Shown here: piece after piece, positions 46,423 to 59,779 of the stretch
Position numbering within the stretch: the first letter of the stretch is position 1
Layout of the letters: each line of letters begins with the position of its first letter
Assembly: GCA_963575745.1 (NCBI GenBank)
Contig: CAUYUJ010000137.1
Coordinates: forward strand, 310,001 to 374,000
Length of the DNA stretch: 64,000 bases
Direction: 5' to 3'
From: Prorocentrum cordatum
Lineage: Eukaryota
The notes under the pieces: model-generated
Databases searched by the model: none
What the model was told of the DNA's origin: nothing
Seen by the model: only the letters and a program-made list of their open reading frames with translations
Position numbers and translations under genes: made by a program

Positions 46423-46694
46423 GTGCGCGGGCAGGCCCTGCGCGGGGTGACAGGGTGTAGAAGGTGGGACAACAATGAAACGCGCGCGTTTGCGCACGGC
46501 CGAGCACTCAGAGACCACTAAGGGCCTCGCAGCCGCCGGCAGCCATGACCACCCGAGCAAGGACGGCGGAAAGGGGGCGACGAGCAGCCGCACACATCCA
46601 CACACACTCACACAGACGCGCGCACACTTTTTGGCGGTCGCGGCCTCGCGCGCAGCTTCGAGGCGGAGAAAGGCAAATGCAAAGCCCGGGGACC

Positions 46695-46696
<2 letters not shown>

Positions 46697-46732
<36 letters not shown>

Positions 46733-46749
46733 GCGCGCACACACGCACA

Positions 46750-46793
<44 letters not shown>

Positions 46794-46810
46794 CACACAC
46801 ACACACGAAC
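46697..46810. repeat. (CA)n microsatellite
   Basis: Direct inspection. Confidence 0.95.
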
Positions 46811-47954
46811 ACGATCCCGCGAACGGCCCCTCCAACAGATTTGCTAGTGCCTCCGAATCCTCCTCCCTCCGTGCTCCTCATGCTCATTATCATTCCCAGC
46901 GTCCTCGTCCCGCCAATCCGACCTCGAGCCTGACTCGGTTCACAGGCCCTTGCAGTGCGAAAGTTCGCTACTAGATCCCCTCCAACTAAGGAGGAGACGA
47001 ACTCTTCGACTGCCTGGGGTCCGTCTATGTTCACCTGCTCACAGCTCCAACCGAAAGGCTGAATGTGGAAATCGTCCAGCACGAGCACCCGCAACCTAGT
47101 GCAGCGCAAACATATGCCAGAAACAAGGTCGAGGAACGGAAAGATTAGCGAAGCGAGTAAGAGGGCGAGGGCGAGGGCGAACACGACGAGAGAAAAGAAG
47201 ATGACCGGAGCGACAAGCCAAAGGGGCGATACACAGAACAGTGAACCACTAGCGCATGGGAGATTAGGGCAAGCGCACAAGCAGCCAATCGTCTAAAAGT
47301 CACGGTCGGAAAGCAGATGGCAGACGCAGAAGGAAAGTGATCGTCCCTCTCAGAGCAGAACCCCCCAGACACTTTAGGAACAAGCCTCCGCTGGGGCAGG
47401 ACGAGGCAGGGGCAGGAGGAACAGAGAAGAGGACGACGTGCACCGGCAATGCTAACTACTTTCTCGCTCCCCCCACTTTCCTTCCATAGCAACAAATTGT
47501 ATGATGAGGAAAAGCATCGCTCCTTCTCAGCGACGCCTGTGCTCAATCTTGCTGCCGCCCGTCCCTGCTGCTGCGGAGGCCCACGCGGGCACGGGCCGCA
47601 GGGGCACCAACGGTCCGAGCCAGCAATTTCAGCATGGAACGGGTGCGCCAACGAGGGGGGTCAAGAAGAGGAGGGCCAGCACATCATGACCTGATCATGT
47701 GCGCGGACCAAGAAGGGGGGGGTCCAGGGAACGCGTGGAACGGTCTGAGCATTGGGGAATGCTGCGGTTCTGCTTCCATGGCAAAGTCGAGGTCAACGGC
47801 AAGGACAGCCCTCCTGTCCTTCTTCCCTCTTCACCTCCTCCTCCCTTCCCCTTCCCCTTCTCCTCCTCCTCCTCCGTCCTCCTCTTCCTCCCTCCTTCGT
47901 CCCGTCTGCTCCTCCCAACCCCCTCCTCCTCATCCCCACCCCCCTTCGTCGCTC

Positions 47955-48905
47955 AGGAGTTCGACGCGCGGTCGAACCTGAGGCCCGTTTTGCAGCAGGA
48001 GATCAGCAAAGCCCACATGGCCCACTGCAGGAACACTCTCCAGAACGTGCCAGCCTCCGACACTTCGAGCGAGGTCGCGGAAGCAGTGACCGCAGCCTTG
48101 GGCGCGGAGGCAAACGCTCCCCAGGCCACTGACATTATCGACGGCGACTGCAGAAGACGGTGGATGTAACGCTCGGTGCTTTCAACAACCAGACATTCAT
48201 CTTGGCGGTGGCCTCTTTCGCTACCCTTAACACGCTGATTAGCAAACCAGCAATGCATCCCGCGCTCGCTGCTATCCAGGATGAGGTGGGCCGAAGGCTG
48301 AACGACATGGGCGGCTGCGTCGAGCACGAAGCGTCCCACGTGCCCTTGACGAAACTCCTTTACACATTGCACGAGGTGTCCTCGGTAGTGTTCCCCTGAG
48401 GCCTGTTCCAGTTCATCATGGGCGTCCTGGAGCTTACTTGGGATGAAAAGGACGCGCCGATCGGCGTGCTCTCCTATGGGGCCATCGACGACAAGCCTTT
48501 GTGCCTTCGTTCGTCTTCGGGCATCCTACAGTGGGGGCCCGACCACAAGAAACCTTCCACAAGAAACCCAACCATGAGACCCCAGGACGTTGATCGATTG
48601 TTGGCGTAGGAACGTCACGCTATCCATGGCAAAACTACCGAAACCCAAGAAACCCAGGGCACCCTGGAGACAAGCAGGGTGTTCCTTGGCATGCGTCTGC
48701 ACTGCACCTTCACGAGATCTCTAAAACGCTTGCGAGTGGACAATCGCGCCTCACAGGGCTGAACTGCACAGCGCACGTCAACGAGACCGCCAGCCGCATG
48801 CATGACACCGGGCTCATGGATTGCGCCCAGGCTTCTGGCGAGAAATGGGTGGAGAGCCACTTCAGCGTGAACGCAGACTTCGTGAGCAACTACTGGATAC
48901 CTACC
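47955..48905 (+). pseudogene. Degraded intronless coding relic, possibly HUH-Rep-like
   Basis: Consecutive protein-like frames broken by stops and shifts; see findings. Confidence 0.3.
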
Positions 48906-49619
48906 AAACCACCTCAACCCAACCCGACGACCCGAATTCCGGGCCGGGAGGTGCAATTACGGGCTCCACGCTTGTTTTTTTCAACGCTCCCCGACGCCCA
49001 CCCCACTGGGAATGGAGGGCAAGTTGGGGCCTCCGGGTTGTGTTGGGGTGGCTTGGTGGATGGTAAGCCACGACGCGAGGAAATTCGAGAAGGTCCTCTT
49101 CCGGGCTGGCGGCGCGTCGCCAGCCCCTCCGCCTGCGGCGGCGGGCGGCGACCGACGCGCCGCCCGCTCCACTGCTGGCCCCGCTCAGCCCGAGGGGCGG
49201 GCTGCCCCGGCGCTGGCGGCGGCGGCCGCGGCTCTTGCGGCCGCGCAAGCTGGCGTCGACGACGATGAGCCCAAGATGGCTACGATGGCCGCGCCGCCTC
49301 CCCGTCCTCCTCAGCAGTCCTTCCTCCCCCCTCCTCGCCTTCCCTCCTCCCTCCCCTCCCTCCCTCCTCGCTCTCCTCCTGCCTCCTTACCCCCAGGGGG
49401 AAAGCTCACACCCACCTACCTCGGAGCCAAGCTCAAGAGGCTTGAAAGCTGAACCTGAACCTCAATTGGGCGATTTTGGAAACCCTGACCCAAGAACGTG
49501 TTCATCTCTTGGGGGCGCATTGTTTACTTTCGCCGCCTTCTGCCAGCCTTCCGCAGGCTTCCGCCAGCGGAGGCGGCCTCGTTTTGCTTCCGCCGGCCTT
49601 CCGCCGACCTTCCGCCGAG

Positions 49620-50340
49620 GAAGACATGGCCACTTGTTCGACTCTCGGAGGCAAGGCCCTTTTTGGAACGCATCATCTGGGACAAGCGGGGCCGTCGTCA
49701 AGGGTTTCACGAAGTCCTTGGAAGCGCGGTTGTTCCAGCAGGTCTCGGGCATCGAGCAGACTCAGGATGGCGAGACACCCTTCCAGCCAGACTCGCGGAT
49801 GGGCAGCATCAATATTGCACCCAAGGTCTAGCCCGTGAAGCTCATTGTCGAAAAAATGCCCGGATAACTGCGCCTGCGCTCCTCTGGCCGCGCTGCGCAG
49901 ACGGCCACTCTCGGGAGCTTGCCGCTGTGCAAAGCGTTTGGCGTCAAGTTGTTCGTGTCCAGCGGCGGCGAATCTGACAGCTCGGACTGCCCCAACACCG
50001 CGCATGCCACTTGGCTGGTGAAGACGAGCGCGAAGGCTACGGCAGTCACCGTCGCGCGCGAACGCCTGGCCAACCCTACGCGGGACCCCCCGTCCTACCT
50101 GCCAAAAAACATCGCAACGTCGACGGTGTTCTTGCCAGCTGGTATTTTCTCCTCGTCGGCGATGCGAATCGCGTGGCGGGAACGGGACGCGGTGCACATC
50201 GCGCGGGGACGCCTGCTCATCAACATGGATGTTCTCGTCGTCGACGCTGCGGCCCGTCGGGTTGAGGAGCTGGGCGGGCGGCAAGTCATAGTGCCCCAGG
50301 CAAATGCGGTTCGCCGCCGGCGCGCGTGGCTGGAATGAGA
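49620..50340 (+). pseudogene. Degraded intronless coding relic of unknown, probably TE-associated protein
   Basis: One frame stays protein-like across two stops (GAVVKGFTKSLEARLFQQV...KAFGVKLFVSSGG...HATWLVKT). Confidence 0.3.
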
Positions 50341-50911
50341 CGCGGCGCACTTCGCGCGCTGGACATGGTGTCGCCGACGATGCAGCATGAGAGGCCGGAG
50401 CGGGGCGCGGCGTACATCGCGCGCGGTCTTGTTTCTCGCCGACGCTGCTCAATGCGAGGCAAAGATAGGACGCAGCTCACGTCGCGCGCTGAACGTCTAG
50501 CCGCCGACGATATAAGATGAGCGACAGGCGTCGAACGCGACGCACTTGCTTCTTATGTTGTAGGAGGGCGGGTTGGAGTGCACGGGGCCCTCTGGCTCGC
50601 TCGAGCTGGCTAAGTTGACCCCCCCCTATCCCTTTCTCCCCCTTTCCCTGTCCTTATCCCCACCCCCCCTTTCCTAACCCCACCTGTCCCTATTCCCCCC
50701 TTCCGTTCGGCCCGACCCTCTGCTCTCACTGCACACCCGGGAGAGAGGCCCAGCACGCAGACTCCGCGGGGGGGCCTGCCCGCGCGGCGCCCGGCCAGAG
50801 GCCCCCTCGCGGCACAGTGCCGCTCCACGAACAGCGCGATGGACTGGAGGCGGACTTCTGGGCGCGCGGGCGGGCGGGCGCTCTGGGGGAAGAACAAGCC
50901 GCGTAAACATT

Positions 50912-51054
50912 AGCTGTTGGCGCTCCGCGCGGATTGCTTGGATCCGCGCCGGACCCCCCTCCCTGGCGCGCGGAGCGCGCCAGGGGCGGCGCCGGAGGCG
51001 CCGCTGGGGGGCCCAGGCGCGGGTCCAAGCAATCCGCGCGGAGCGCCAAAAGCT
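50912..51054. mobile_element. ~143-bp palindromic MITE-like element
   Basis: Arms TTGGCGCTCCGCGCGGATTGCTTGGA.CCGCGCC / GGCGCGG.TCCAAGCAATCCGCGCGGAGCGCCAA; second copy at 42575. Confidence 0.75.
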
Positions 51055-51377
51055 TCTGTTTGTGTGTCTTTGTTCTTCTTCGACGCTCCTAACCAACCTC
51101 AAACTGATACCTGTCCCTCAGATCGGCAAGCCCGAGGCGATGACAACCTTAGGGGTGTGCCCTCAGAACTGAGGGAATCCTCTTCAGATTAGCATCCAGG
51201 TGAGGTGATGCCAAACACAGGGATAGGGATCATGTGTCCAGTTGGTGAGCTCTGGCCCGCGGGGGGCCTGGGAAGCAGTGAGCAGGAGCGCGCAGGCGCA
51301 CGCCGGCTTGGCTCGTGGGTCCCCTCCTGCTGCCTCCAGAGAAACGGCCTCCCAGCTGGGGTCGGAGAAGAGGGGGC

Positions 51378-51530
51378 GCATCGGCGAAGCATCGGCGACG
51401 CCGGCGATACGTCGGCGACGTCGGCGGGGAGAAAGTCAGGCTCCACGTCGAGCCGCATCAGGCATACATCGGCGATGCGGTGCGTTCCTTCGACCCCGTC
51501 CACCTCGACCCCATCTGGGAGGCCTAGAAA
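51378..51530 (+). repeat. CATCGGCGATG-rich dispersed repeat; second copy at 55115-55292
   Basis: Both share GCTCCAC.TCGAGCCGCATC...CCTTCGAC...GACCCCATCT.G.A.GCCTAGAAA. Confidence 0.75.
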
Positions 51531-52127
51531 GAGATGAGCATACGGTCGAATGCGATCCACTGCCCGTGCGAACGCCTGCTCATTAGCAACATGCATGAGC
51601 ACTGGGTTGCTGGCTGGAGGCGCGCTGGACAGATCCGCCGAACGTCTCGGCGTGCGGGAGAGCTTCGCGACTGCTGTGCAGAACACCTCTTCGCAGAGCT
51701 CTGCAGAGCCGAACATCCCGGAGCGAGGCGAGGTCGCTGAATGGAGCGCTTCAAGGTCGCCAGCCCAAGAGAACTCGTTCAAACCCGCAACAAACTCGGA
51801 AGGAAACCCCTTCCCTTGATCCATACCCCCGGGGGGGGGTCCCGTGCCCCCCCCCGCCCAGCACCCAGGGAGTGTCCCGGGAGAGGTTTGGGATCAGAAT
51901 GCGATCCTGTACCTTCTCCTTCTCGTTCATCCTCGAGCCAGTCCACGACAGCTCAAGGAAGCGTCGGGAGGACCACCCCGAGAGTCCCAGAAGGCACAAA
52001 TCACTGCCCCATGCATTGGTCTTCGGAAGGATTCATCGTTCTCGGTTTCTCTGTTTTTCCACACTTCAAGCAGGCCCCAGAGGCCCCCGATATTTCTCCA
52101 AGACGACCAAGAATGCCCAACAGAGGC

Positions 52128-52262
52128 TGGGCGCGGGGTAGGGCGCGAGGTAGGGCGTGAGGAAGGCCGTCGGGTAGGGCGTGGGGTAGGGCGCGGGGAA
52201 GGGCGCGGGGTACGGCGTGGGGTAGGGCGTGGGGTACATAGGGCGCGGGGTAGGGCGTCGGG
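52128..52262. repeat. 12-bp GTAGGGCGYGGG minisatellite
   Basis: About 10 units. Confidence 0.85.
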
Positions 52263-53589
52263 CTGGGCGACAAACTAGACTGGCAGCAATACACTTGAGA
52301 ACTAGACTGGCAACGATAAACTGTACTGGCCGCCGTGGATTGGAAAGCAATCTTCGTTGTCGACGTCATTCGGCTCGCCATCGTACCAGTTCGAAGAGCT
52401 GTCCGTGCCTCCGTTCGTCCAGAACTTGTAGTGTCACTCAGTATCGATACCATGGATACCGATCCGAGCCCCATGACCGCACGCTTGGCCAGCGGCTGTA
52501 TTATCCGAGGAACCCTGCGACATCGCCGGCTCCTGTTCAACCGCAGCCTCAGCGGGACCGTGGCCGCTGAGCAAGAGGGCCACGGCTGCAACTGCTGCTG
52601 CCCTGGGCGCCGCCACCAAGACACTCACAGACTGCGATGCTGCGACCGGCGGAACTGAAGAAAACCGTCCAAACAGTAAGCGGAATGTACACGGATGACC
52701 TGGGCCAACATGGAGGAAGAGCAGGAGAAACATGAGGAGGAGGACAAAGAGTATGGGGGGGAAAAAGCCAAAGAGCGTGAGGAGACGTTCGAAAGAAAGA
52801 GGCCCCGACAAGGGAAAACGGACTCTGGGGAGGGAGGAAAAAGGGGTTTCACCAAACACCGCCCCGAGCAAGCGAAGGCCTTGCTAGACTTTCACCAGGC
52901 CCACGTTTTCTAGATTTCAACACTGGCCCGCCGCGGTCGGCCTTCTAGAATCTTAGGGACCGTCCATCGTTGTCGTCGGTCGCCGTTGTCGGTTGAGTCG
53001 GTCGGTCGGTCGGGCGTCGTCAATCATGGTTGTCGTTCGTTGTCGTCGTTGGCGGCCGCCGTCCGTCGTCGTCGTCGCTCGGTCGGTCGGTCGGTCGGTC
53101 GGTCCGGCGGTCGTCGTCGCCGTCGTCGTCGCTCGGCGGTCATCGCCGTCGGTTGGTCATCGTCGTCGTCGTCGTCGTCGTCTTTCGTGGCCGAGTCTGG
53201 GCCATTGGGGGCATTCAACCTTGAAAGCCCGAGCTGGGGTCGTCGCCGCCTCCCACAAGAAACCCCGACGATGTGCAACAGGGGGGGGTTACCCGGAGCA
53301 CCCTGATTGCAGCAGTTCTGATCGCCCCGGGAAGTCCCAACGCACCGCACGAGGCGACGAAACTCGAGGTACCCTCACAGCAACGAGCACCGTGTGACTC
53401 GTTGCGCGAACCTGCCATACCGGCCATCCCCCCCCATGATAGCGAGCCATGCACGCCCGCGTGCAGCGATCTCCTGGGGCCCCACTCTCCTCGCACGCGT
53501 CCGTGTGGGCGCCGAAGGAGAAGGGCTCCTCCAGGTGGCGGCCCAGCGCCTCTGGGGTGCGGCCAGATTGCTCCCGCATTGTCCTTCTC

Positions 53590-53721
53590 GTCCTCATCAT
53601 CATCAGCATCATCATCATCCACCTCCTATGGTGCTTCGTCCTCATCCGCATCATCATAGACCTCCTCTTTCATCACCATCATCATCAGCATCAGCACCAT
53701 CACCAGCATCATCAACATCAA

Positions 53722-53786
<65 letters not shown>

Positions 53787-53823
53787 CCATCACCATCACC
53801 ATCACCATCATCATCATCATCAT

Positions 53824-53874
<51 letters not shown>

Positions 53875-53953
53875 CATCATCATCATCATCATAATCATCA
53901 TCATCATCATCATCATCATAATCATCATCATCATCATCATCAGCAGCAGCATG

Positions 53954-54002
<49 letters not shown>

Positions 54003-54300
54003 GTAGCATCATCATCAGGAACATCATCATCATCAGCAGCATCATCGTCAACATAGTCATCATCATCCTCATCTTCATCCTCATTATCGTCACCATCATC
54101 ATCGTCATCAACCTCATCATCATCATCGCCGTCACCATCATCATCATAATAATCAGTAGTACCATCATAATCAGCATCAGCATCATCATGACCATCAGCA
54201 TATTCAGCATCAGCATCATCAGCACCACCACCATCACCATCATCACCATCAGCTTCACCACCACCATCACCATCACCATCACCATCACCATCACCATCAC

Positions 54301-54344
<44 letters not shown>

Positions 54345-54462
54345 CTATCATTAGCAGTAGCAGCATCGTCATCACCAGCATCAGCATAATCAGCATCGAC
54401 ATCATCATAATCAGCATCACCACCATCACCATCACAATCACCATCACCAGTTTCCTCCTCAT

Positions 54463-54503
<41 letters not shown>

Positions 54504-54550
54504 TCATCCTCACTAGCATCAGCATCATCAGCAGCATCATCATCAGAATA
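53590..54550. repeat. ~1-kb (CAT)n/(CAC)n degenerate microsatellite
   Basis: Direct inspection; source of the poly-H/M/D/I pseudo-ORFs. Confidence 0.97.
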
Positions 54551-56827
54551 ATCCACCCCCCTCTCTTGCTCCTCCTCCTCCTCATGATCCTCCTGCCGCG
54601 TAACCAAATCCTTCGCATCCTCCGCATCCTCCTCCTCCGCCTCCTCCTCCTCCTCTTCCTCCTTCTCCTCCTCCTCCGCCACTTCGTCAGCCTTGCCGAC
54701 GGACTGCCCTGGTCCACGACAACTAGCTGCGCCATTCGCTCAGCAACTGGATTCGGGGAGGTGGCCCCCATTGGGGCCGTCTCCCCCAACGACGCGTGGC
54801 CCTGAAAAGTGAGACTCCGCATCCCAGGAAGAGGGCACGCGTCTGGGGCGGCCCCACCAGCCCACTGCAACCTCAAAGTAGCGCGCAGCCTACGACAGGA
54901 GAGCGCGCCGACATTGAGCCTGTGGAGCTCGCAGCGGAGCGCCTGGCAGAGGCGCATGCTAGCCTTGTGGCGATGGGCCCCATCACGTGAGCTTGACGAG
55001 AAGATTTGCGAAAACGACGTGAAAGAACACGGAAAAAATCGTCATCCGTCTACAGAACCCCCCTGGATGTAAGGGTGCGACTAGGTGGGGTCGCAGGATC
55101 TCGCCACATGGCCAATACATCGCCGATGCATCGCCGATGCATCGGCGATGCATCGGCAACGTCAACAATGCATCGGCGACGTCGGCGTGGGGGAAACTCG
55201 TGCTCCACATCGAGCCGCATCGCCGATGCATCGGCGATACGGAGCGATCCTTCGACACCATCTACTTTGACCCCATCTAGAAGCCTAGAAAAATCCTCGT
55301 CGATCCATCTACCCGTGCACCCCTCCGCCCGCCCGCCCGCTGACACGCCCACCTGCCCGTTGTTGTTTCTTCCGTCCGTCCGCTGGGGCCCTGGCAGATA
55401 CTTCATGCACAGTGTCGAACAGGGGAAACCTCCGCCCCTGTCGCCGTCGACTCCCACCTCGTCCGCCGCCTTCTCCTCCATCCTCGCCCCAGGGCTCCGC
55501 TCGGACACCAACAAATGATGGGTAGAAGAGATGGTTATGAGAAAATTCCTTCAGGCCTCGCGCGGCAACTTGAGACCCCATGCACGTGGGATTCACGTCG
55601 GATATACGTCGGGCTCGTCGGAGTTACGTCGGATGCACGTCGGATGCACGTCGGATGTACGTCGGATGTACGTCGGATTTACGCCGGTGCCTCGTCACAC
55701 GAAGATTGCCCCGTATGTGACGGGGCGGACGTGAGGACCAGCTGATACCACTATTGCGCGCCGAGCGAGGCCTCCAGGATTTCATGAGAAGGACGTGGGA
55801 GCAAGGGCTCCCAACTTCGCGCTTCACGCTGCGCGAAGCGCGAAGTGCGAATAACTTCGCGCTCTCGCGCCGCCTCCCAGGGTAGAAGGGGAGGATGAGG
55901 AGGAATCGGAGCCGAACCGCGAAGCGCGAAGCGCGAATAACTTCGCGCACTCGAGGGCGCCCTTGTGGGAGAATGAGGGAGGAACACGAAAAGCAGATGT
56001 GCTCTCACCAAATGCGCCAGATCGTGGCATCGGATATGGTGCAAATCGTTGCCCGTGGCCGCATCGAGTGCGTCGGCCCACGGCTCATCCAGCGCCTCGA
56101 GCGCAGGACTTGACAACACGTGCGCCACGGGTGAAATGAACAGGCAAAACAGAAGAGGGAGATGACCGAACTGACTCCATCTTCGGGCGACGCCTGCGGC
56201 GCTCGCGGCGGAGCTCGCGCTGGCAGGAGGCGCTGCTTTGACGCAGAGTGCCGCCAGCCCGTGAGCACCACGCGGCTCGCGAGCAAGCAAAACATATAGA
56301 CTACCACGAATTGCCCGCAGCAACCGCTCCACACCGATACTGTCAGCTCCCAATCGCGCACTGCACCGCCCTCACGGCGGGGGTCGTCGACCAGGCGACG
56401 GCGGGAGCCCGCGACTTCCAGACGATTGCGCAACACAAAAAGTCCCTCCAGCAGCGCCGCGAACAGTGCGCCTAGTGCGCAGCGTACGCGGGCAGATCGT
56501 TCAGCGTTGGAAGCAAGTCCGCCGGCGGCTTTGAGCCTGGACCGCCAAGCCGTGCGGTCGCCAACGAGTCGGCGCGACACGACCCCGTCAACACTGGTGG
56601 GGTGAGGAAGGCGGCCCCACCGCCGCGCCGCACATTGCGCGCGGCGTGTGCGAGCGCCTCCCGCTGCTGCGACGCGCACGCTGGGCTGGTCGGGAGCACG
56701 TTTGAAAACTTCGAATCTCGAACGTTACCACGCTACAGTGAGCGGCTTGAGTAAGGAACACTTACTTTTCAAAAGGGGCTCGGTCGTTCCTCAAGGCTTG
56801 CATGCGTTACGTATCCTTCCTCATGCG

Positions 56828-56955
56828 TTTATTATTATTATTATTATTATTAATATTATTATAATAATTAGTATTATTATTAATATTAATATTATTATTA
56901 CTATTATTACGACTATCATTATTACTATTATTATTATTAAAATTAAAATTATTAT
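56828..56955. repeat. (ATT)n AT-rich microsatellite
   Basis: Direct inspection. Confidence 0.9.
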
Positions 56956-57240
56956 GTATCGTTCCTTATGCTCTGTTCGGTTGGCCGAGGACTTTTGCCT
57001 GCTGCTGGCCCCGTGGGGCCACAGAGCCCCCGGGACAGGTGAACTGAAAGAGCGGCCTACCCCCCCTTGGCCACAGAGTTGCGCAGAGTATGCTTCTGCG
57101 TTCGCTTCTGCTTCTGCGTCGTCGTATTAGTAGTCTTGTATTCTTCTTACGAGTATAATTAACATGACTATTATCCTCAGTAGTAGCATGCGTCTGCCTC
57201 GTGTTAGTAATGGTCTTCGAATGATTTGTACCTGTCGTAA

Positions 57241-59400
57241 TTCCCAACCATCCTGTGGTGTTGGGTCCTCGTTTTGAAGAGACGTCGCCCCGCGTTCCTT
57301 CCTCCTCCTTCCTCCTCCTCCCCTTCCTCCCCCCTCCTCCCCCTCCCACACCCATTCTGGCACACCCCTCGCACGCTTCGTGGCCCCATAGGGAGCTCCA
57401 CCGAAGGCCCCAGTGGCTGCGCCCGCATGCGGCTCCACCTCCCATTCTGGCACACCCCTCACACGTTTCGTGGCACCATAGGGAGCTCCACCGAAGGCCC
57501 CAGTGGCTTCGCCCGCATGCGGTTCCACTCCCCATTCTGGCACACCCCTCACACGCTTCGTGGCACCATAGGGAGCTCCACCGAAGGCCCCAGTGGCTGC
57601 GCCCGCATGCGGCTCCACCCCCCATTCTGGCACACCCCTCGCACGCTTCGTGGCCCCATAGGGAGCTCCACCGAAGGCCCCAGTGGCTGCGCCCGCATGC
57701 GGTTCCACCCCCCATTCTGGCACCCCTCACACGTTTCGTGGCCCCATAGGGGCTCCACCGAAGGCCCCAGTGGCTGCGCCCGCATGCGGTGGCACACCCC
57801 TCACACCTTTCGTGGCCCCATAGGGAGCTCCACCGAAGGCCCCAGTGGCTGCGCCCGCATGCGGTTCCACCCCCCATTCTGGCACACCCCTCACACGTTT
57901 CGTGGCCCCATAGGGAGCTCCACCGAAGGCCCCAGTGGCTGCGCCCGCATGCGGTTCCACCCCCCATTCTGGCACACCCCTCACACGTTTCGTGGCCCCA
58001 TAGGGAGCTCCACCGAAGGCCCCAGTGGCTGCGCCCGCATGCGGTTCCACCCCCCATTCTGGCACACCCCTCACACGTTTCGTGGCCCCATAGGGAGCTC
58101 CACCGAAGGCCCCAGTGGCTGCGCCCGCATGCGGTTCCACCCCCCATTCTGGCACACCCCTCACACGTTTCGTGGCCCCATAGGGAGCTCCACCGAAGGC
58201 CCCAGTGGCTGCGCCCGCATGCGGTTCCACCCCCCATTCTGGCACACCCCTCACACGTTTCGTGGCCCCATAGGGAGCTCCACCGAAGGCCCCAGTGGCT
58301 GCGCCCGCATGCGGTTCCACCCCCCATTCTGGCACACCCCTCACACGTTTCGTGGCCCCATAGGGAGCTCCACCGAAGGCCCCAGTGGCTGCGCCCGCAT
58401 GCGGTTCCACCCCCCATTCTGGCACACCCCTCACACGTTTCGTGGCCCCATAGGGAGCTCCACCGAAGGCCCCAGTGGCTGCGCCCGCATGCGGTTCCAC
58501 CCCCCATTCTGGCACACCCCTCACACGTTTCGTGGCCCCATAGGGAGCTCCACCGAAGGCCCCAGTGGCTGCGCCCGCATGCGGTTCCACCCCCCATTCT
58601 GGCACACCCCTCACACGTTTCGTGGCCCCATAGGGAGCTCCACCGAAGGCCCCAGTGGCTGCGCCCGCATGCGGTTCCACAATCCATTTTTGGCACACCC
58701 CTCGCACGCTTCGTGGGTGGCTCCATGGGGAGCCCCACCGAAGGCCCCAGTGGCTGCGCTCGCATGCGGTTCCACCCCCTTTTTTTCGGCACGCCCTTCA
58801 CACGTCTCGTGGCCCCATAGGGAGCTCCACCGAACGCCGCAGTGGCTGCGCTCGCATGCGGTTCCACCCCCCATGTCGGCACACCTCTCACACGTTTCGT
58901 GGCTCCATAGGGAGCTCCACCGAAGGCCCCAGTGGCTGCGCCCGCATGCGGTTCAACACCCCATTCTGGCACACCCCTCGCACGCTTCGTGGCCCCATAG
59001 GGGGCTCCACCAAAGGTCCCAGTGGCACTGCCCGCTTGCGTCCGCCACCACCCAGCACAGCCCTTGTTCCCTGCGCTTCACCCACCCAGAACAGCGCTTC
59101 GTAGCCCTATAGGGAGCTCCACCAAAGGTCCCAGCGGCACCGCCCGCATGCGTCCGCCACCACCCTGCACAGCCCTTGCTCCCTGCCTGCGTTTCACCTA
59201 CCCAGTACAGCGCTTCGTGGCCCCATAGGGAGCTCCACCGAAGGTCCCAGTGGCACCGCCCGCATGCGTCCGCCACCACGCAGCACAGCCCTTGCTGACC
59301 GCGTCTCACCCACGCAGTACAGCGCTTCGTGGTCCCATAAGGAGCTCCACCGAAGGTCCCAGTGGCACCGCCCGCATGCGTCCGCCACCACCCAGCACAA
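57241..59400 (-). repeat. 90-bp satellite array A with terminal cap (57241-57294)
   Basis: About 10 identical units in 57800-58680; diverged and longer variant units after about 59000. Confidence 0.97.
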
Positions 59401-59779
59401 TTGCGGCATTCACAACTGCATATGGTTGGGTCCTTCGCCAGGTTAATATTTTCAGTGGCTTACGATTAGTACTACTATACGTGTTATTAATATGTGTCTT
59501 CGTATTGTTAGTACTACTAGTACTACTATTCGTGCTAGTGTTCTGGAACATATGCTCATTACTCGTAAATTTTGTTTGCTGGCTCTTCTTGGTAATATCA
59601 TTAACCCCATGCCCACTACAATAATGTACCCCCCCCATATACATAAGAGCTGATTCTCCACGGCAAATAAGAGTTTGGTCGGGGGCGCGGGGGCGCGGAG
59701 GCCGAACTACATTATCACCTGAAAGGTTCGCCATCGAGGTTATGTCCTTCTTATGTTGAGATGGCAACATGAAGCGAAG

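Noticed and set aside
53449..54957. Poly-His/Met/Asp/Ile ORFs (also 22125-22456)
   Set aside because: Trinucleotide microsatellite artefacts.
57345..58700. Hammerhead-like CTATGGGGCCACGAAAC on the minus strand of the 90-bp unit
   Set aside because: Lacks the invariant CUGANGA core and a NUH cleavage triplet in the right place.
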